This document shows, in pieces, positions 10,069 through 20,926 of a stretch of 34,710 nt of DNA. Numbering within the stretch: position 1 is the stretch's first letter; each line of letters begins with the position of its first letter. The DNA is from Chrysochromulina tobinii (Eukaryota). The translations under genes and the position numbers were made by a program. Below the pieces are notes generated by a model. The model did not search any database. It had not been told where the DNA came from and saw nothing but the letters and a program-made list of their open reading frames with translations. The stretch is taken from contig JWZX01003198.1 in the NCBI GenBank assembly GCA_001275005.1, positions 1 to 34,710 of the forward strand, in the 5' to 3' direction.

Positions 10069-13000
10069 ATGTTGAGTAGCGACCGGCGGTTTGACAAGCA
10101 AAAAAACGCGATGGCCATATTTAGCAAGGCGCATGGCAAGGGGCTTGAGTCGGCAATCGCGCGGAAGCTGGCCAAGTTCACAATCGAGGCGAGAGATGCA
10201 GAGGGAGCCCGGATGCAGCATGGTGGTGACACGTTCACCGTAACCATCCACGGAGCATCGGTCGTCAGAGCTCGTGTCCAAGACAACGAAGACGGCACAT
10301 ACTCTGTCGAGTACAAGGCTGCGGCCTCTGGTGCTTACTCCATCAGTGTACTGCTCTATGGTTTGGCTTTGCCAGGATCACCATGGTCGCTCAATGTGCT
10401 TACCGCGAGGCCAGATGCTGAGCAATGCCATCTGCACGGCGCGGCATTAACACGCGCGGCAGCTCGCGAAACCATGTCCTTTGAGGTATCCTTCGCCGAT
10501 GCGCACGGCAATCCGACGCATGCGGAGGTGTGAGCGTGCCTAACCTTGTCGTTTTCGTGCTGGTACTTGGCGCTGACATCCTCACGCACGCTCTATGCAG
10601 GACCTTGACGTGTATGTCGTACCACTTGCTGAGCTCGAAGACGACGACGATGGACTGCAGCAGCTAAAGTCCACCAAGGCAGAAGCAAAGGCACGCGGAT
10701 GGGCACGTGAATGGGCTTGTGCTCGGATAGCAGCCTTGCACGGGCTGCATGTCGACGCTATCCACGATCAATTAAAGGCGGAGGTGAAATTGCCAGCGCC
10801 GACGAGCAGCCTCCACCGTCGATTCGCAATTCACGGCGCTCCTATCTGAGTGACTGCCGTACGCTCCTAAGAAAATGCACCCACTTTCCCGCCCTCTGCA
10901 CAGGAGGCACGTTTGAAGAAGGCTGCCGAGGCGCCTCCACCTGAAGCGGCCGAGGCGCTTCCCGCAGGACCACTCCTACCGCTTCCCACTCCGCCGCCTC
11001 ACCCAAAAAACAAAAACAAAAAAGGCGGTCGCAAATCCCCCACCGATGTCTCAGCGCCCTTGATGACGAAAGTCAAGGCAGACGAGACCAAGAACGTGGG
11101 TGCACAGGAGCAGCAGGCTGGCGACAGTGGTGTCGCACAGGACCCAGTGCGAGACGAGGACGACGGGTATTCGCACCAAACGACAGATGCGCCCGTCTAC
11201 CGCAAAGTGGCGCAACGCATCGTCGTTGGTATCAAGCCACTCATCGTACGTATAGGCAGCAGTGTCGACAGCGAACTGACTGGCTTGATCTCTCCGGGGA
11301 GCAAGCTCCAAGTCGTGGAGACGAGGCAGGAAGGCAACTGCCTCCGAGCTCTTGTCCTCATCGACCAGTCGAACGCTGAGCACCCTCTTTCGCCCCGAAC
11401 CCCAGGCACAGCTCGTGGGCTGCCTTCATCGCCACGGACCCGGTTCCCATCTGTGCGCCCAGCGATGCCGCCGGAATCCTGGGTGGAGGTTGGTGAGTGG
11501 CCTGAGCCATTCAACAAGCTGCCGCCACCTGCAAACGTTGAGGAGAGCCTGGTGCTTCTCATCGACCAAGCCTGTGGTCAACACTACCCCCATCCAGAAA
11601 CAAAACCCTGTCGCGTTTCAACGAAAACGTGAGGTCGGCAGGGAGGCGAGCGAACTCTTCGGGAAGGCAGGGGGGACACGGGACAATCTCCGCCCGTTGC
11701 TCAGCGCCCTCATCGATGACGTGATGGCGTGCACGCATGGATGGGTGACCGCCGCTCGGGAGGGTCAGGAGTTACTCACTCGCGTCCACGAGGGCGTGAA
11801 CGCTGGATCTCGCCAACAGCATATTACGCTCTGGGATCGGCGCAAAGCAGCAGATAAGCTTAATTCGAAGCAGGTGACTTCGGGAGGGTCGGCCAAGGAC
11901 TCAAAAGACCGAATGCTCGCCGGCCCGTCGTTCTCTCATGAGCTCGCCGCTGACCCTTCGGGCATCGGAGTATGTCAGCGCGTCTCGAACTCTATCGAAC
12001 TTGTGAGTCTTTGTTGATGCGCCGTTTGAGATACGCCTCCACGTCGCCTTGCTCATCTCATCGACCGAATGCCTACATTCCCACCCCGCAGTTTGCATTC
12101 GGTGGTGTAGACCCCGGCGTCCTACATGCACATGGGCAGGTCATCAAGACGCACAACGTGCGCTACTCAGTCGGTCTTGCTGGGCGCTACCGGCTACACG
12201 TCGGGCTGCGCCAGCAGGGAGTCGCATTGCCAGGCTCGCCGTTCCTGCTTACGGTGACCCCTAGCCACGCGCACGCGCGCTCTTCCAGCCTTCCTGCTGA
12301 TTGCCTACCGCTGGTGGGCCACGTCTGCCGTGCTGGCGAGGTGAGCTGCGGTATGATTGTCAAGCTTTGCGACCGAATGGGCAACCGATGCACGTCGGGC
12401 GGTGCGAGTCTCAACGTCGTCACGTCACAAAAAGAACGTAGCAAGGTAGATGCGCATTTGGTGAAGACGTTTTGCCTCGACCAGCAAGACGGCTCATACA
12501 ATCTCCAGTGGCAGTCGCAGCGGGCTGGAACCTACATGGTTAGTGTGACAATCTCGAACGTCCACTTGGTGGGTTCACCCATGGAACTCAAGTTGCTTGC
12601 GGGCCCTCCAGAAGTCGACAAGTGTGTGGTTAGTGGCGACGGCATTACGTCGGCGCAGGCCGGCCGGCCCGCGCTCGTGGCTCTGTATTGTAAGGATGCC
12701 TTTGACAACCCCGCCGGCCGCAGCTCGACGATCTCGTTCGGGCTCGTGTTGGTACCACGCGACTCGAAAGACGTTCTCATCAAAAAGGAAACCTCAGAGG
12801 TGCTGCTCAAGACCGCCGACAACCCACTGGGCGTGCGGTTGAACTCGATGCCGTTTAATGGTGGATGGGTCGGCGAGCAGTTCGAGATCCGGTACACAGC
12901 ACAGGAGGCGGGCGAATTTGGCTTGCACATCTGGTCAACGGACGCTGAGCTCATCATGCGCAAATTCGTCCCAGGTTCGCCTTTCTCCGTGCGCGTGTCT

Positions 13001-13720
13001 GGCGTTCGCGCCTCCGCGGCAGGCTCCTACCTATCCGGCACAGAACAGTACGAGAAGGAGGCGCCTCCTTTGGCCTCGCCGAAATCAAATGGCGTCTTGG
13101 CGTGGCTGCAGTCTGGCGATCGATTGATTCTGTGGCCGCGTCTTCGTGATGAATTTGGCAACGCGTCGTATGCCACTGAAGGCGCTCTTGTCGCGTCCCT
13201 AGAAACACCGGACGGGCATCTGATGGACCTGCCCATGAAGCAACTGAAAGAGCTTGGCAAGTACGGGCTGAGCTACGATACGCAAAAGAAGGGTTTGCAC
13301 ACACTCCACACCAAACTTTTTGGAGAGCGCATCGTAGGCTCGCCATTCCGCTTCTTTGTGGTACCCGGAGCTCCGGTGGCAAGCAAATGCCGCCTGCACC
13401 TTCCGGACGAAAGCCCAGTGGTCAATTGCCCTTGTGAGATTCGCCTGGAAGCGGTTGACAAGTACGGTAACCGCCTCGACTCCGGTGGCTGCTCGGTTGT
13501 TGGACGTGTCGTTGGCACCGGCGTCTCTGCAGTGACGGTCACGGACAATGCCGATGGAAGTTACACGCTCTCGTTCACTGGCACGGTCGCTGGCGGTGAG
13601 TGCCGCCTCGTCGTTCGCCTGGAAAAAATTGAGTTGGAGCCAGTGACAATTACGTTCGTGAAGCCAACGAATGACGAGACGAAGCCCGAGGAGGCCGTTG
13701 ACAAGAAACCGGGTAAGTGA
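10069..13720 (+). CDS. Multi-exon filamin/ABP280 Ig-repeat protein
   Basis: Filamin repeats (GKGLESA...FTIEARDAEG...DNEDGTYSVEY...LPGSPW; several GSPF, DKYGN). In-frame phase-0 introns at 10528-10600, 10784-10903 and 11970-12091. Probable +1 frameshift near 11566. A GTAAGT donor at 13713 implies a further exon. Confidence 0.85.
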
Positions 13721-14777
13721 GGTGAGCATGCGCGCGCCGTGTGCGCTGCGAGCTTTACTTTAGTGGGAACTCATCTCAGGCCTTTGAGTCGAGCCTTTGA
13801 GTTCTTAGTAGAGTCAGTAGAGCTCGGAGCGGATGATACGAAGGAGCGCTTAGGTTCTGGGCGCCGCAGGGAGGACCGGCGAGCGACTCGAGGAAACCGC
13901 GCTGAATTCGGTATTCGCAGACGTTGGTCGTTACGGCTCGGCTTACTAGGTCGACTTACTAGGGGGAGCCGCGGTACACGTCGGGCGACGGCTTATCGCT
14001 TAACGGTATAGCGCTAGCCACGCTCGGATACGCACTGCGGTGTCGGCAACGAATCCGTTAGCGTTTTCGTACCCGCGCGCCAGGACTGCGGACACGCGGC
14101 AGCACGTTTGTCTATTGTCATGGCTCATGCCGTCGGTTGTCGCGTGTTTCCCCGTTCCCGCCGCCGCGCCGCGACCGGGTCCGCGGAGCGTTCTGCCGGC
14201 ATACCTACGCGTAACCGGTCGTTATAGGAAGGCGCCTGTGTCGAACCTCGTCCGATAAGGTTAAGGATCGACCCCTAATCGACCCCAGTATTGCCAACCG
14301 CCGCGCAACCGCGGGCGCGCCGCAGAAAGGTCTCGCGTCGTCGTAAGTGGCGCTGGCCGCTCGCGTTAACCAGCACACATCGACGCCCGCCCGAGCGGAA
14401 AGACGGTTAAAACGCCCCTAGAAAAGACGAAAACGACCCGCCGCGGCTAGCCGCGCGTACGGTATTGGCGCTAGTCGTCGGGGGTCAGGGTCCCGTCCGC
14501 GCCGCGGGGCCGCGGGGCCGCGCCCCAGGAGGTACCCAGGAGGAGCGGACCGTCCGAGGTCAGCGTGCACCCGAGGTCCGTTGCTCGGCGAATCCAAACG
14601 TCTTCGCGACCGCGGGGGCCGACGTGCGACGACTCGCGTGTCGCAACCGCGGGCCCGCGGCGGTGACCGGTGTGCGTGTGCTGTGTTACCAACGGCGTTG
14701 TTGGGATGTTGTCGCTGCGTTTGTCACGCATCACGGCCTTCCTCAGATCAGCTACGGATCAGCGAGCAAACTGTTTC
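13721..14777. other. Mirror-reversed spacer hiding a candidate terminal exon at 14704->14346
   Basis: Read backwards, it completes an 81-nt intron (GTAAGT...CTGTTGTAG) followed by about 119 open codons in frame with the filamin gene. Confidence 0.8.
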
Positions 14778-17051
14778 TCACGCACGTCCGCGCGGCAGCC
14801 TCTTCTGTTTCCTTGGCTTGATGCGGGCGCGCATGTAGCGGGGCACTTGCGGCATCGGCATCGGACGGATCGCATGACCAAAGGCATGACCAACCGCATG
14901 ACCCGGCTGTTGGCGCGGAAGCGCCCTCTGCGAAAAGGTTATGACTGCGAGAGGCAGCTGGAACTCAGGCTTGCTGATGACGACCATCTCGCCCGCAGGA
15001 GTTGGCCCCTCAAGAGTGACACCGCTTGGGTCGAGAAGAACCACGAAGACAATCATCTTGCGGCCACCGCGGCAGTAGCCAAGCGAGACATTGGCGTCAC
15101 CGCCAAAGTACTCGCCAGCGCCATAGGCCTGACCATTACGGCGCGCTGGGTCCAGGCCTTCGCTGCAGATGCTCTCCACGTTGGCCTCAGGCGTCCCATG
15201 AAAGACGAGTCGCAGCCGCTTGTTCGGCGCGCTCGCCCAGGCGGCGAAGAAGCGCTCGTACAACTTTCCCCCCGGCTTCGAGGCAGGGTTGTGCCAGACC
15301 TCGGAGACGACCAGATTTGTCGCCCGCTGCTGCAGGAAAGAGCCGATGCCCGCGCGCTGCTCGTGAAGCAGGTCGGTCGACGCCTCGTCCTCGCAGTCGA
15401 TGTAATCAGCATTCGCTACCACTGTCGAGCGCCGCTGGTCCAGCCGGCGGCGCCGCGCGTCCTGAAGCGCCTCCAGATCGATTGCGTCGACCGCGCCCCT
15501 GCCGACGAGCTGCTTGGTGAGCAGCCGCGCAAGGGTCCGGTCGTCAGTTAAGTCAATCACTGTGTCACTCGGACCGTCCTCGCCGTGCATCTCCACGACG
15601 CCCTCGCTCTCGTCATCAAGGTCTTCGGCCTCGGCGCCACCGTCCTTGCCCACATGTGCTCCGCTGCCATCGCCATCATCGCTGTCGTCGTCGTCGTCGA
15701 TATCGATTATGATCTGAACTGCGCTTCCATCCTCCTCTGTGGCATTCGCCAAAGCCGCCGCGGCGGCTGCAATGCTCGCCGCCGCAGAGCCATGGATCGC
15801 CGTTGCCATCCTTGGCGGCGGGCGATGTGTACACGCCTCGCTTGGAAGTTGTGGACCATCGAGCCGCACTCGCTTGCCGCTGCCGCCATCCATGCTGGAA
15901 CTCGATCCCGCACGTGAGCTCGCACCCAGTGTCAGCTCGTCCTCGTCCTCATCGAAGAGACAGATGAGCTCTTCGGGAGGCCGCGGGCGACTGTCGCGAG
16001 CACGCTGCTTGCCCTTCGCACGGTGCGACGGCTTGGCAGCGGCGGCGCCAGCGGCGGCACCAGCCACGGGCGCGGCTACGAAGGCGACGGGCGAGTCAGA
16101 AAGTAGCACGCAGTCGTCGGGCTGCGACTCGAGCGTGGGCTCGTCGTTCGGCTGCGAGTCCGACAGCAGGATGGGCGTCGTAGATGTGCCGAAAGAAGCT
16201 GAAAGCAGTCGCACTTGCGCACTGCGACATTGCTCGCCATCGACGACGACAGCGGTGGTAGCAGCACCATCGGTTGCACCGTCGATTGCAGCAGCGGCGG
16301 CAGCATCGACGGCAGCAGCGGCGGTAGCATCCTTCGTGCAGTCTACGTCATCCGCGACGTCGACGCTGCCTCTGCAGCCGTCATCGCCACGAGCGCCAGT
16401 CGTCCGTGCGGTGAGTCGCGCTCCAACGAAGGCATGTACGTGCGCGTCCACGTGAGCACCCATGTGGGCGTCCACGTGAGTGGTTGCACTGCTGACGGCG
16501 CGTGGCGGATCTTCGAACGTCACTGCTGCCGCCGCCGCATCTGCCGACAGAAGTGGCTCACCCTGGAGCTGCGCTGACATGCCTGTGAGGACGGTTCCGT
16601 TCATTTCAAGGGAGCTCTTGTTGTCGACAGTCTCGGCGACGAGGCGGTAAAGGACGGGACGGGGCGCATCCGCGCGCCCCGTGCGCGCCTTCTCGTCAAG
16701 GCAAATGAGGCTGCCCAGGTGCACCTCGTGGCTGCTGCCTCTGGCCACCTTCACCCACCGCGATCCGTCGGCCGGCGCGCAAACACCGGTGCCATTTTGA
16801 CCATGCTGCGTGGCTACAGCCGACGAACAGTCAGGAGTCGCAACCAGAGTCATGTGCTTGCGTGACACAGTCGGGTGGGTGGTCTTGAATGTGAGCCACT
16901 GGGCGTGCTCCGCATCTCCCTCTCGGCCGATGTTGCAGAAGAGTCCGTTGGGACCACGGGCGAAGGCGATCGTCGCAGGCCACGCGCTGCAGGACTCGTC
17001 GCTGGCACCCTCGCGGCGAAGAACCAGAGCGCGCACCGGAAAGCTCGCCAT
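14778..17051 (-). CDS. FHA domain + PARP-like ADP-ribosyltransferase catalytic domain protein
   Basis: FHA motifs (NIGRE, TVSRKH, GQNGT). PARP-like motifs (LVFHGT...SICSEGLDP...YGAGEYF...SLGYC...EMVVI...QLPLAVITF). Acidic hydrophobic linker motifs. Confidence 0.8.
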   Translation of the reverse strand: MASFPVRALVLRREGASDESCSAWPATIAFARGPNGLFCNIGREGDAEHAQWLTFKTTHPTVSRKHMTLVATPDCSSAVATQHGQNGTGVCAPADGSRWVKVARGSSHEVHLGSLICLDEKARTGRADAPRPVLYRLVAETVDNKSSLEMNGTVLTGMSAQLQGEPLLSADAAAAAVTFEDPPRAVSSATTHVDAHMGAHVDAHVHAFVGARLTARTTGARGDDGCRGSVDVADDVDCTKDATAAAAVDAAAAAAIDGATDGAATTAVVVDGEQCRSAQVRLLSASFGTSTTPILLSDSQPNDEPTLESQPDDCVLLSDSPVAFVAAPVAGAAAGAAAAKPSHRAKGKQRARDSRPRPPEELICLFDEDEDELTLGASSRAGSSSSMDGGSGKRVRLDGPQLPSEACTHRPPPRMATAIHGSAAASIAAAAAALANATEEDGSAVQIIIDIDDDDDSDDGDGSGAHVGKDGGAEAEDLDDESEGVVEMHGEDGPSDTVIDLTDDRTLARLLTKQLVGRGAVDAIDLEALQDARRRRLDQRRSTVVANADYIDCEDEASTDLLHEQRAGIGSFLQQRATNLVVSEVWHNPASKPGGKLYERFFAAWASAPNKRLRLVFHGTPEANVESICSEGLDPARRNGQAYGAGEYFGGDANVSLGYCRGGRKMIVFVVLLDPSGVTLEGPTPAGEMVVISKPEFQLPLAVITFSQRALPRQQPGHAVGHAFGHAIRPMPMPQVPRYMRARIKPRKQKRLPRGRA

Positions 17052-17186
17052 GGGTGGAGGGAGTCTGTGGATTCGGCGACAGGAGCGCGACGCGAGAGGT
17101 GCGGCGTGAAAGACCGTGACGATGTGAAGGTCTTCGCAACGTCAAACATAATCTGCAAGGATTGAGCCCCCGGCGTTCCCCGCGTC

Positions 17187-18152
17187 ATGTTTGCGTTATG
17201 GCGCCAAGGTGACGTCAAACAAACGAGCGCGGCCTCTCTGCTGGCGGCCATGGCCATCGCAGCGATTGCCTCGGCCTTCATGCACGAGTATGTCGGGTTA
17301 GCATTGGTTGCACTCGGGGCAGTCCTTGGCATGAATCACTTGTATGCCACCCGATCCAGTAGGGATGCCATCATCTCGAAGGCAGAAGCTAAGCTACTTG
17401 CACAATATGAAGAGTTCGGCGTCGATGAATCGCACGGAATCACGCACGCCTTGGCTGTGCTCGGACATCTGGACAAGGCTGTCGCAGCGTCGCCGAAACG
17501 ACTTGCTGGTAAGCGCATCCAAGCTCTGAGGCTCGCTGCGCTGCTGCACGATGCGGACGACCGTAAGTATTTCGCGAGCACCTCAAAATCATATGGTAAC
17601 GCTACCCGCATCATGCGTGAATGCGGCACCGCGCCTGATGTCATCGCCGATGCCGTGCGTTGCATCGGCTACGTGTCGTGCTCGTCCAATGGCAACTCGT
17701 GCCCGCCTGAAGCTGTGAGCGAGCCAGAGTTGCTGTGGCCGCGCTGGTCGGATCGGTTGGAAGCGGTCGGCGAGATCGGTGTGGTGCGCTGCTACCTTTA
17801 CAACAAGAAGGAGGGCAAGACGCCGCTTGCGTGCCCAACGACACCGCGGCCAACCACCGTTGACGCAGCGCTCGCCCATGCCTCTCCAGAGCGCTTCGCG
17901 CAATACCAAGCGAGTGGGGGAAGTTCGGTTTCGATGCTGGACCACTTCTACGACAAGCTGCTGCCGATTGCGCGACCTCCGCCCGAGCTGGTGCGCAATC
18001 CGTATCTGGAGACCCAAGCGATGGCCGGCGCCGCGCCGCTCTTGGACATTTTGCTCGACTATGGGCGTACTGGGGAAGTACCTGTCGCGAAGGTCGAGGC
18101 CATGCGTCTTCGGCTCGGTATGCACTGTGGGGCAGATGACAGAACCATATGA
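17187..18152 (+). CDS. HD-domain metal-dependent phosphohydrolase with N-terminal hydrophobic segments
   Basis: SHGITHA...AALLHDADDRKY...SDRLEAVGEIGVVR...DHFYDKLL; two hydrophobic stretches at the N-terminus. Confidence 0.85.
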   Translation: MFALWRQGDVKQTSAASLLAAMAIAAIASAFMHEYVGLALVALGAVLGMNHLYATRSSRDAIISKAEAKLLAQYEEFGVDESHGITHALAVLGHLDKAVAASPKRLAGKRIQALRLAALLHDADDRKYFASTSKSYGNATRIMRECGTAPDVIADAVRCIGYVSCSSNGNSCPPEAVSEPELLWPRWSDRLEAVGEIGVVRCYLYNKKEGKTPLACPTTPRPTTVDAALAHASPERFAQYQASGGSSVSMLDHFYDKLLPIARPPPELVRNPYLETQAMAGAAPLLDILLDYGRTGEVPVAKVEAMRLRLGMHCGADDRTI

Positions 18153-18468
18153 GACATGTGCGACGTTGCTCCACGACTCGCGTGCGGGGCGCTATTACAC
18201 AACGGCCGCGGGCGATTCGGGTGCGTCGCGCATGTCGCGTGTGTAGCGGTCCCCACAACGCATTTCTGACACATCTCCCAATAATCATCACACGCGATCA
18301 CTGCCGTGCACGTTAGGCGTACTGGCGCTGTGCGGCGTGCATAGTGTGCGCAAGAACAGCTCTCGCACTAGACTCAGTTTGTGGCCCGGGCACGGAACGC
18401 CTCCTTGGTCCATTATTTACACCCACAACTTCACTGTTCCAGTACAGCATGATGGCGCTTGCCATCAT

Positions 18469-18733
18469 TCATTTGGACGATGACATGAAGATCGCCACCG
18501 TAGCACCATTGCACAGGCTGATGAGCACCTTCCCCACTCGGCCCCTCCGCCGTCACAACCCCGCCATCGCCAACGAGGGCGAAACCCCGTGAACCCATCT
18601 CTGCGACGGCGCCGCTGCAGCCATCGGGTACCTGGCCCTCACTGTGCAGCGAAAGCCCCTGCGCATCGACGCAAAGCACGCCAACGACGCCCTCCGTGCG
18701 CATCGCGACAGCGCACGTCTCCGCAATGCTCAT
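18469..18733 (-). CDS. LAMTOR5: Ragulator subunit LAMTOR5 (HBXIP-like), frameshifted at 18532-18535
   Basis: GVVGVLCVDAQGLSL...GAVAEM matches LAMTOR5 (IVGVLCTDSQGLNL). Removing one base of the C4 run gives SGKVLISLCNGATVAIFMSSSK*, matching the LAMTOR5 C-terminus (GNIMIQKHDGITVAVHK). Confidence 0.8.
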
Positions 18734-18773
18734 TCTTTCGCCGAGACGCGGACCGCGCGTTCATTTATGAATG

Positions 18774-18825
18774 CAAGTCAAGTCAAGTCAAGTCAAGTCA
18801 AGTCAAGTCAAGTCAAGTCAAGTCA
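18774..18825. repeat. (CAAGT)10 microsatellite
   Basis: Directly visible. Confidence 0.95.
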
Positions 18826-18950
18826 GCATTTATGACGTGTCGCCTCTAGATGGATCCCCCTCCGCCATCTCCATCGACTCCCGTCCTCCCCTGCTGGCTT
18901 CCGGAGCACATTCGATAGGCTTCCGTATGGTTGTCTGTTGTTTCTGTATA

Positions 18951-18968
18951 GACTTGACTTGACTTGAC
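18951..18968. repeat. (GACTT)3+ microsatellite, inverted relative to 18774-18825
   Basis: GACTTGACTTGACTTGAC is the reverse complement of the CAAGT array. Confidence 0.9.
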
Positions 18969-19154
18969 ATGAATGCACGCGAACGAACACGTACTTCACA
19001 CTTACTCTGACTTCCCGTTTGCGTCGTTTGAGGTAAACCGTTTGCGTCGTCGTTTCAGCGGGCTAAATCGGATACGTAGTATAACAGTGGGGGGCATTTT
19101 CTTGACGACCGCCCGTCGTTCGTGTGTAGATGCGGACGTGAACGCGGCGCGTCA

Positions 19155-19203
19155 ACAGGATACGACACACGGTATATACACAGGATACGACACACGGTAT
19201 ATA
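19155..19203. repeat. 25-bp tandem duplication (ACAGGATACGACACACGGTATATAC)x2
   Basis: Directly visible; lies in an apparently mirrored spacer. Confidence 0.85.
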
Positions 19204-19659
19204 TACCTATGTGCTTAGATGATCGACGTACTTCGACCATGAAAGCCACCTGGTCGGCCCACGTCTCGAAGAAGTCACAAAAGGACCTCGGCACCTCGCA
19301 CCTCAGGTGCAGTGCCCACACCTCTACAAGCCCTCCTCGAGTCCTCGTCGGCCGCCGCTACATTGTACTAGGCCGCCGCGATGGAGTCTGTTGTAGACAC
19401 GGCTGCCGCGGCCACGAGGCCGCCGCGCCCGCGCGCGCCCGCGCGGCTGTAGAGCCCGCCCGCTGGAGCACAACCCACCCAGCATTTATACATGTACAGC
19501 ATTTATTCGGGGTCTGTCAATCAATCGCTGACCGCAGACCCCCCCACCTACCGAAATCCTGTGTGTCTCCGGCTCCCTCGGTGTACTTTTTGCACCGAAA
19601 TCCTGCATGCGAATTTTCCTCTTCCGTTTCCAATCTCTCCCTGCTGACATGTAACGATC

Positions 19660-20328
19660 ATGTGTTTGTCCATGAAGATCAAGAAGGCAGAGACGAGTCT
19701 CACCAGCGCTGCTGAGGCTGGCTTGGCGGAAGGTGAGGCCGCCATGGAGCGGGTGCTCCACGGCAGGACTGCACAGCTCTGGGCGCTCATGCATCAGAGC
19801 GACAGATTTCGTGTCCTCAAGAGCGAGCTCGTCGCGCATGAGATTCGGAATGGGTTTTCGACCGATCTGTGGCGCGAATGGGCCAAGGTGCCCGAGCCAC
19901 GATTAATGCATACACACGAGCTCAGAAGTCCTCCACGCGTCGCAGCAACGCATCGCGATTTGATCAGGGCTTCGCCGGATCCTGGAGATGTGCTCCGCGT
20001 GCTTATCACTTCTCGCCACATGCTCGCATCCTCCATGAACGAGAATAAGGACCTACGTGTATTGCGAGCTACGGGCCGTAATTTTGTGCAGCAAAAGGGC
20101 CCACCGCCGGCGCGCAGTCTCAAACCTACTCGTGCACCGTCAACGCCTGTATGCGCCGATTACCTTCCACGGTTTGGGCTTGGGGGCTATCGCTCCTACG
20201 GCCTACAGTCCTACTACGTGCGCAACCCCGAGCCGGATGTAGGACCTCGTGCACAGCTGCTAGGCACCACAGTCTGGCATGTCAAGGATACTTTCAAGGG
20301 TGGAGGTGCTGCATCGGCGCGGCAGTGA
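19660..20328 (+). CDS. Hypothetical protein, possibly 5'-incomplete
   Basis: 222-aa ORF with host-like composition; no family recognised. Confidence 0.5.
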   Translation: MCLSMKIKKAETSLTSAAEAGLAEGEAAMERVLHGRTAQLWALMHQSDRFRVLKSELVAHEIRNGFSTDLWREWAKVPEPRLMHTHELRSPPRVAATHRDLIRASPDPGDVLRVLITSRHMLASSMNENKDLRVLRATGRNFVQQKGPPPARSLKPTRAPSTPVCADYLPRFGLGGYRSYGLQSYYVRNPEPDVGPRAQLLGTTVWHVKDTFKGGGAASARQ

Positions 20329-20926
20329 CGAATTTCGCTTGAACTTCGCGCTCGTGTGGAGTATACATAGCACAAGCGTCAAGCCTGGCACATGTGCCCA
20401 CAACCGAACCGTGCTGGAGACCGGACAGATGAGATTGCCGAGCCCGAGACGTTGAGCGTTGCGAACGACCCGATAAGCGGCAAAGCGCAAAACGCAAAAG
20501 CAACAAGCTTTCCTTGTAAGCGCGTGTGAAACCGGGTCCGCGCACCGCGGCGGGGATGCGGATCGCCCCACGGATCGCCCGCGGCTTTGGGGTTATCATG
20601 CGCCGCGCGTTCCGTTGATGTCATGTGTGCGGTTAAAAGCGGTTAGCGGGCGGGCGCGGGTGTGGTGCCTGAGTGGACCACACCTCACCGCGCTGTCGGC
20701 TGTGGACACACTATGACGCAATAACGTTTAGAAAAGCCGTGAGCCGAGCCGACGGAGCACGACCGCGAGACAAGTCCCCGCGCGACCGCGCGGTCCCCGC
20801 TTGGTCCCCGCGGGGGACGGGGCGTTCGATCTTGCGAAGCGCACCCGCCCGGGCCGCGCGCGGCGAACACGCAGATCGGCGGCTCGACGGCGGCCGAAAC
20901 TTCCACACCCCCCCGGCTGATCGCGC

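Noticed and set aside
13739..14838. Short ORFs called within this spacer (likewise in 9500-9997, 19055-19715, 25974-26540 and 31628-32173)
   Set aside because: They lie in apparently mirrored DNA and have no protein-like features.
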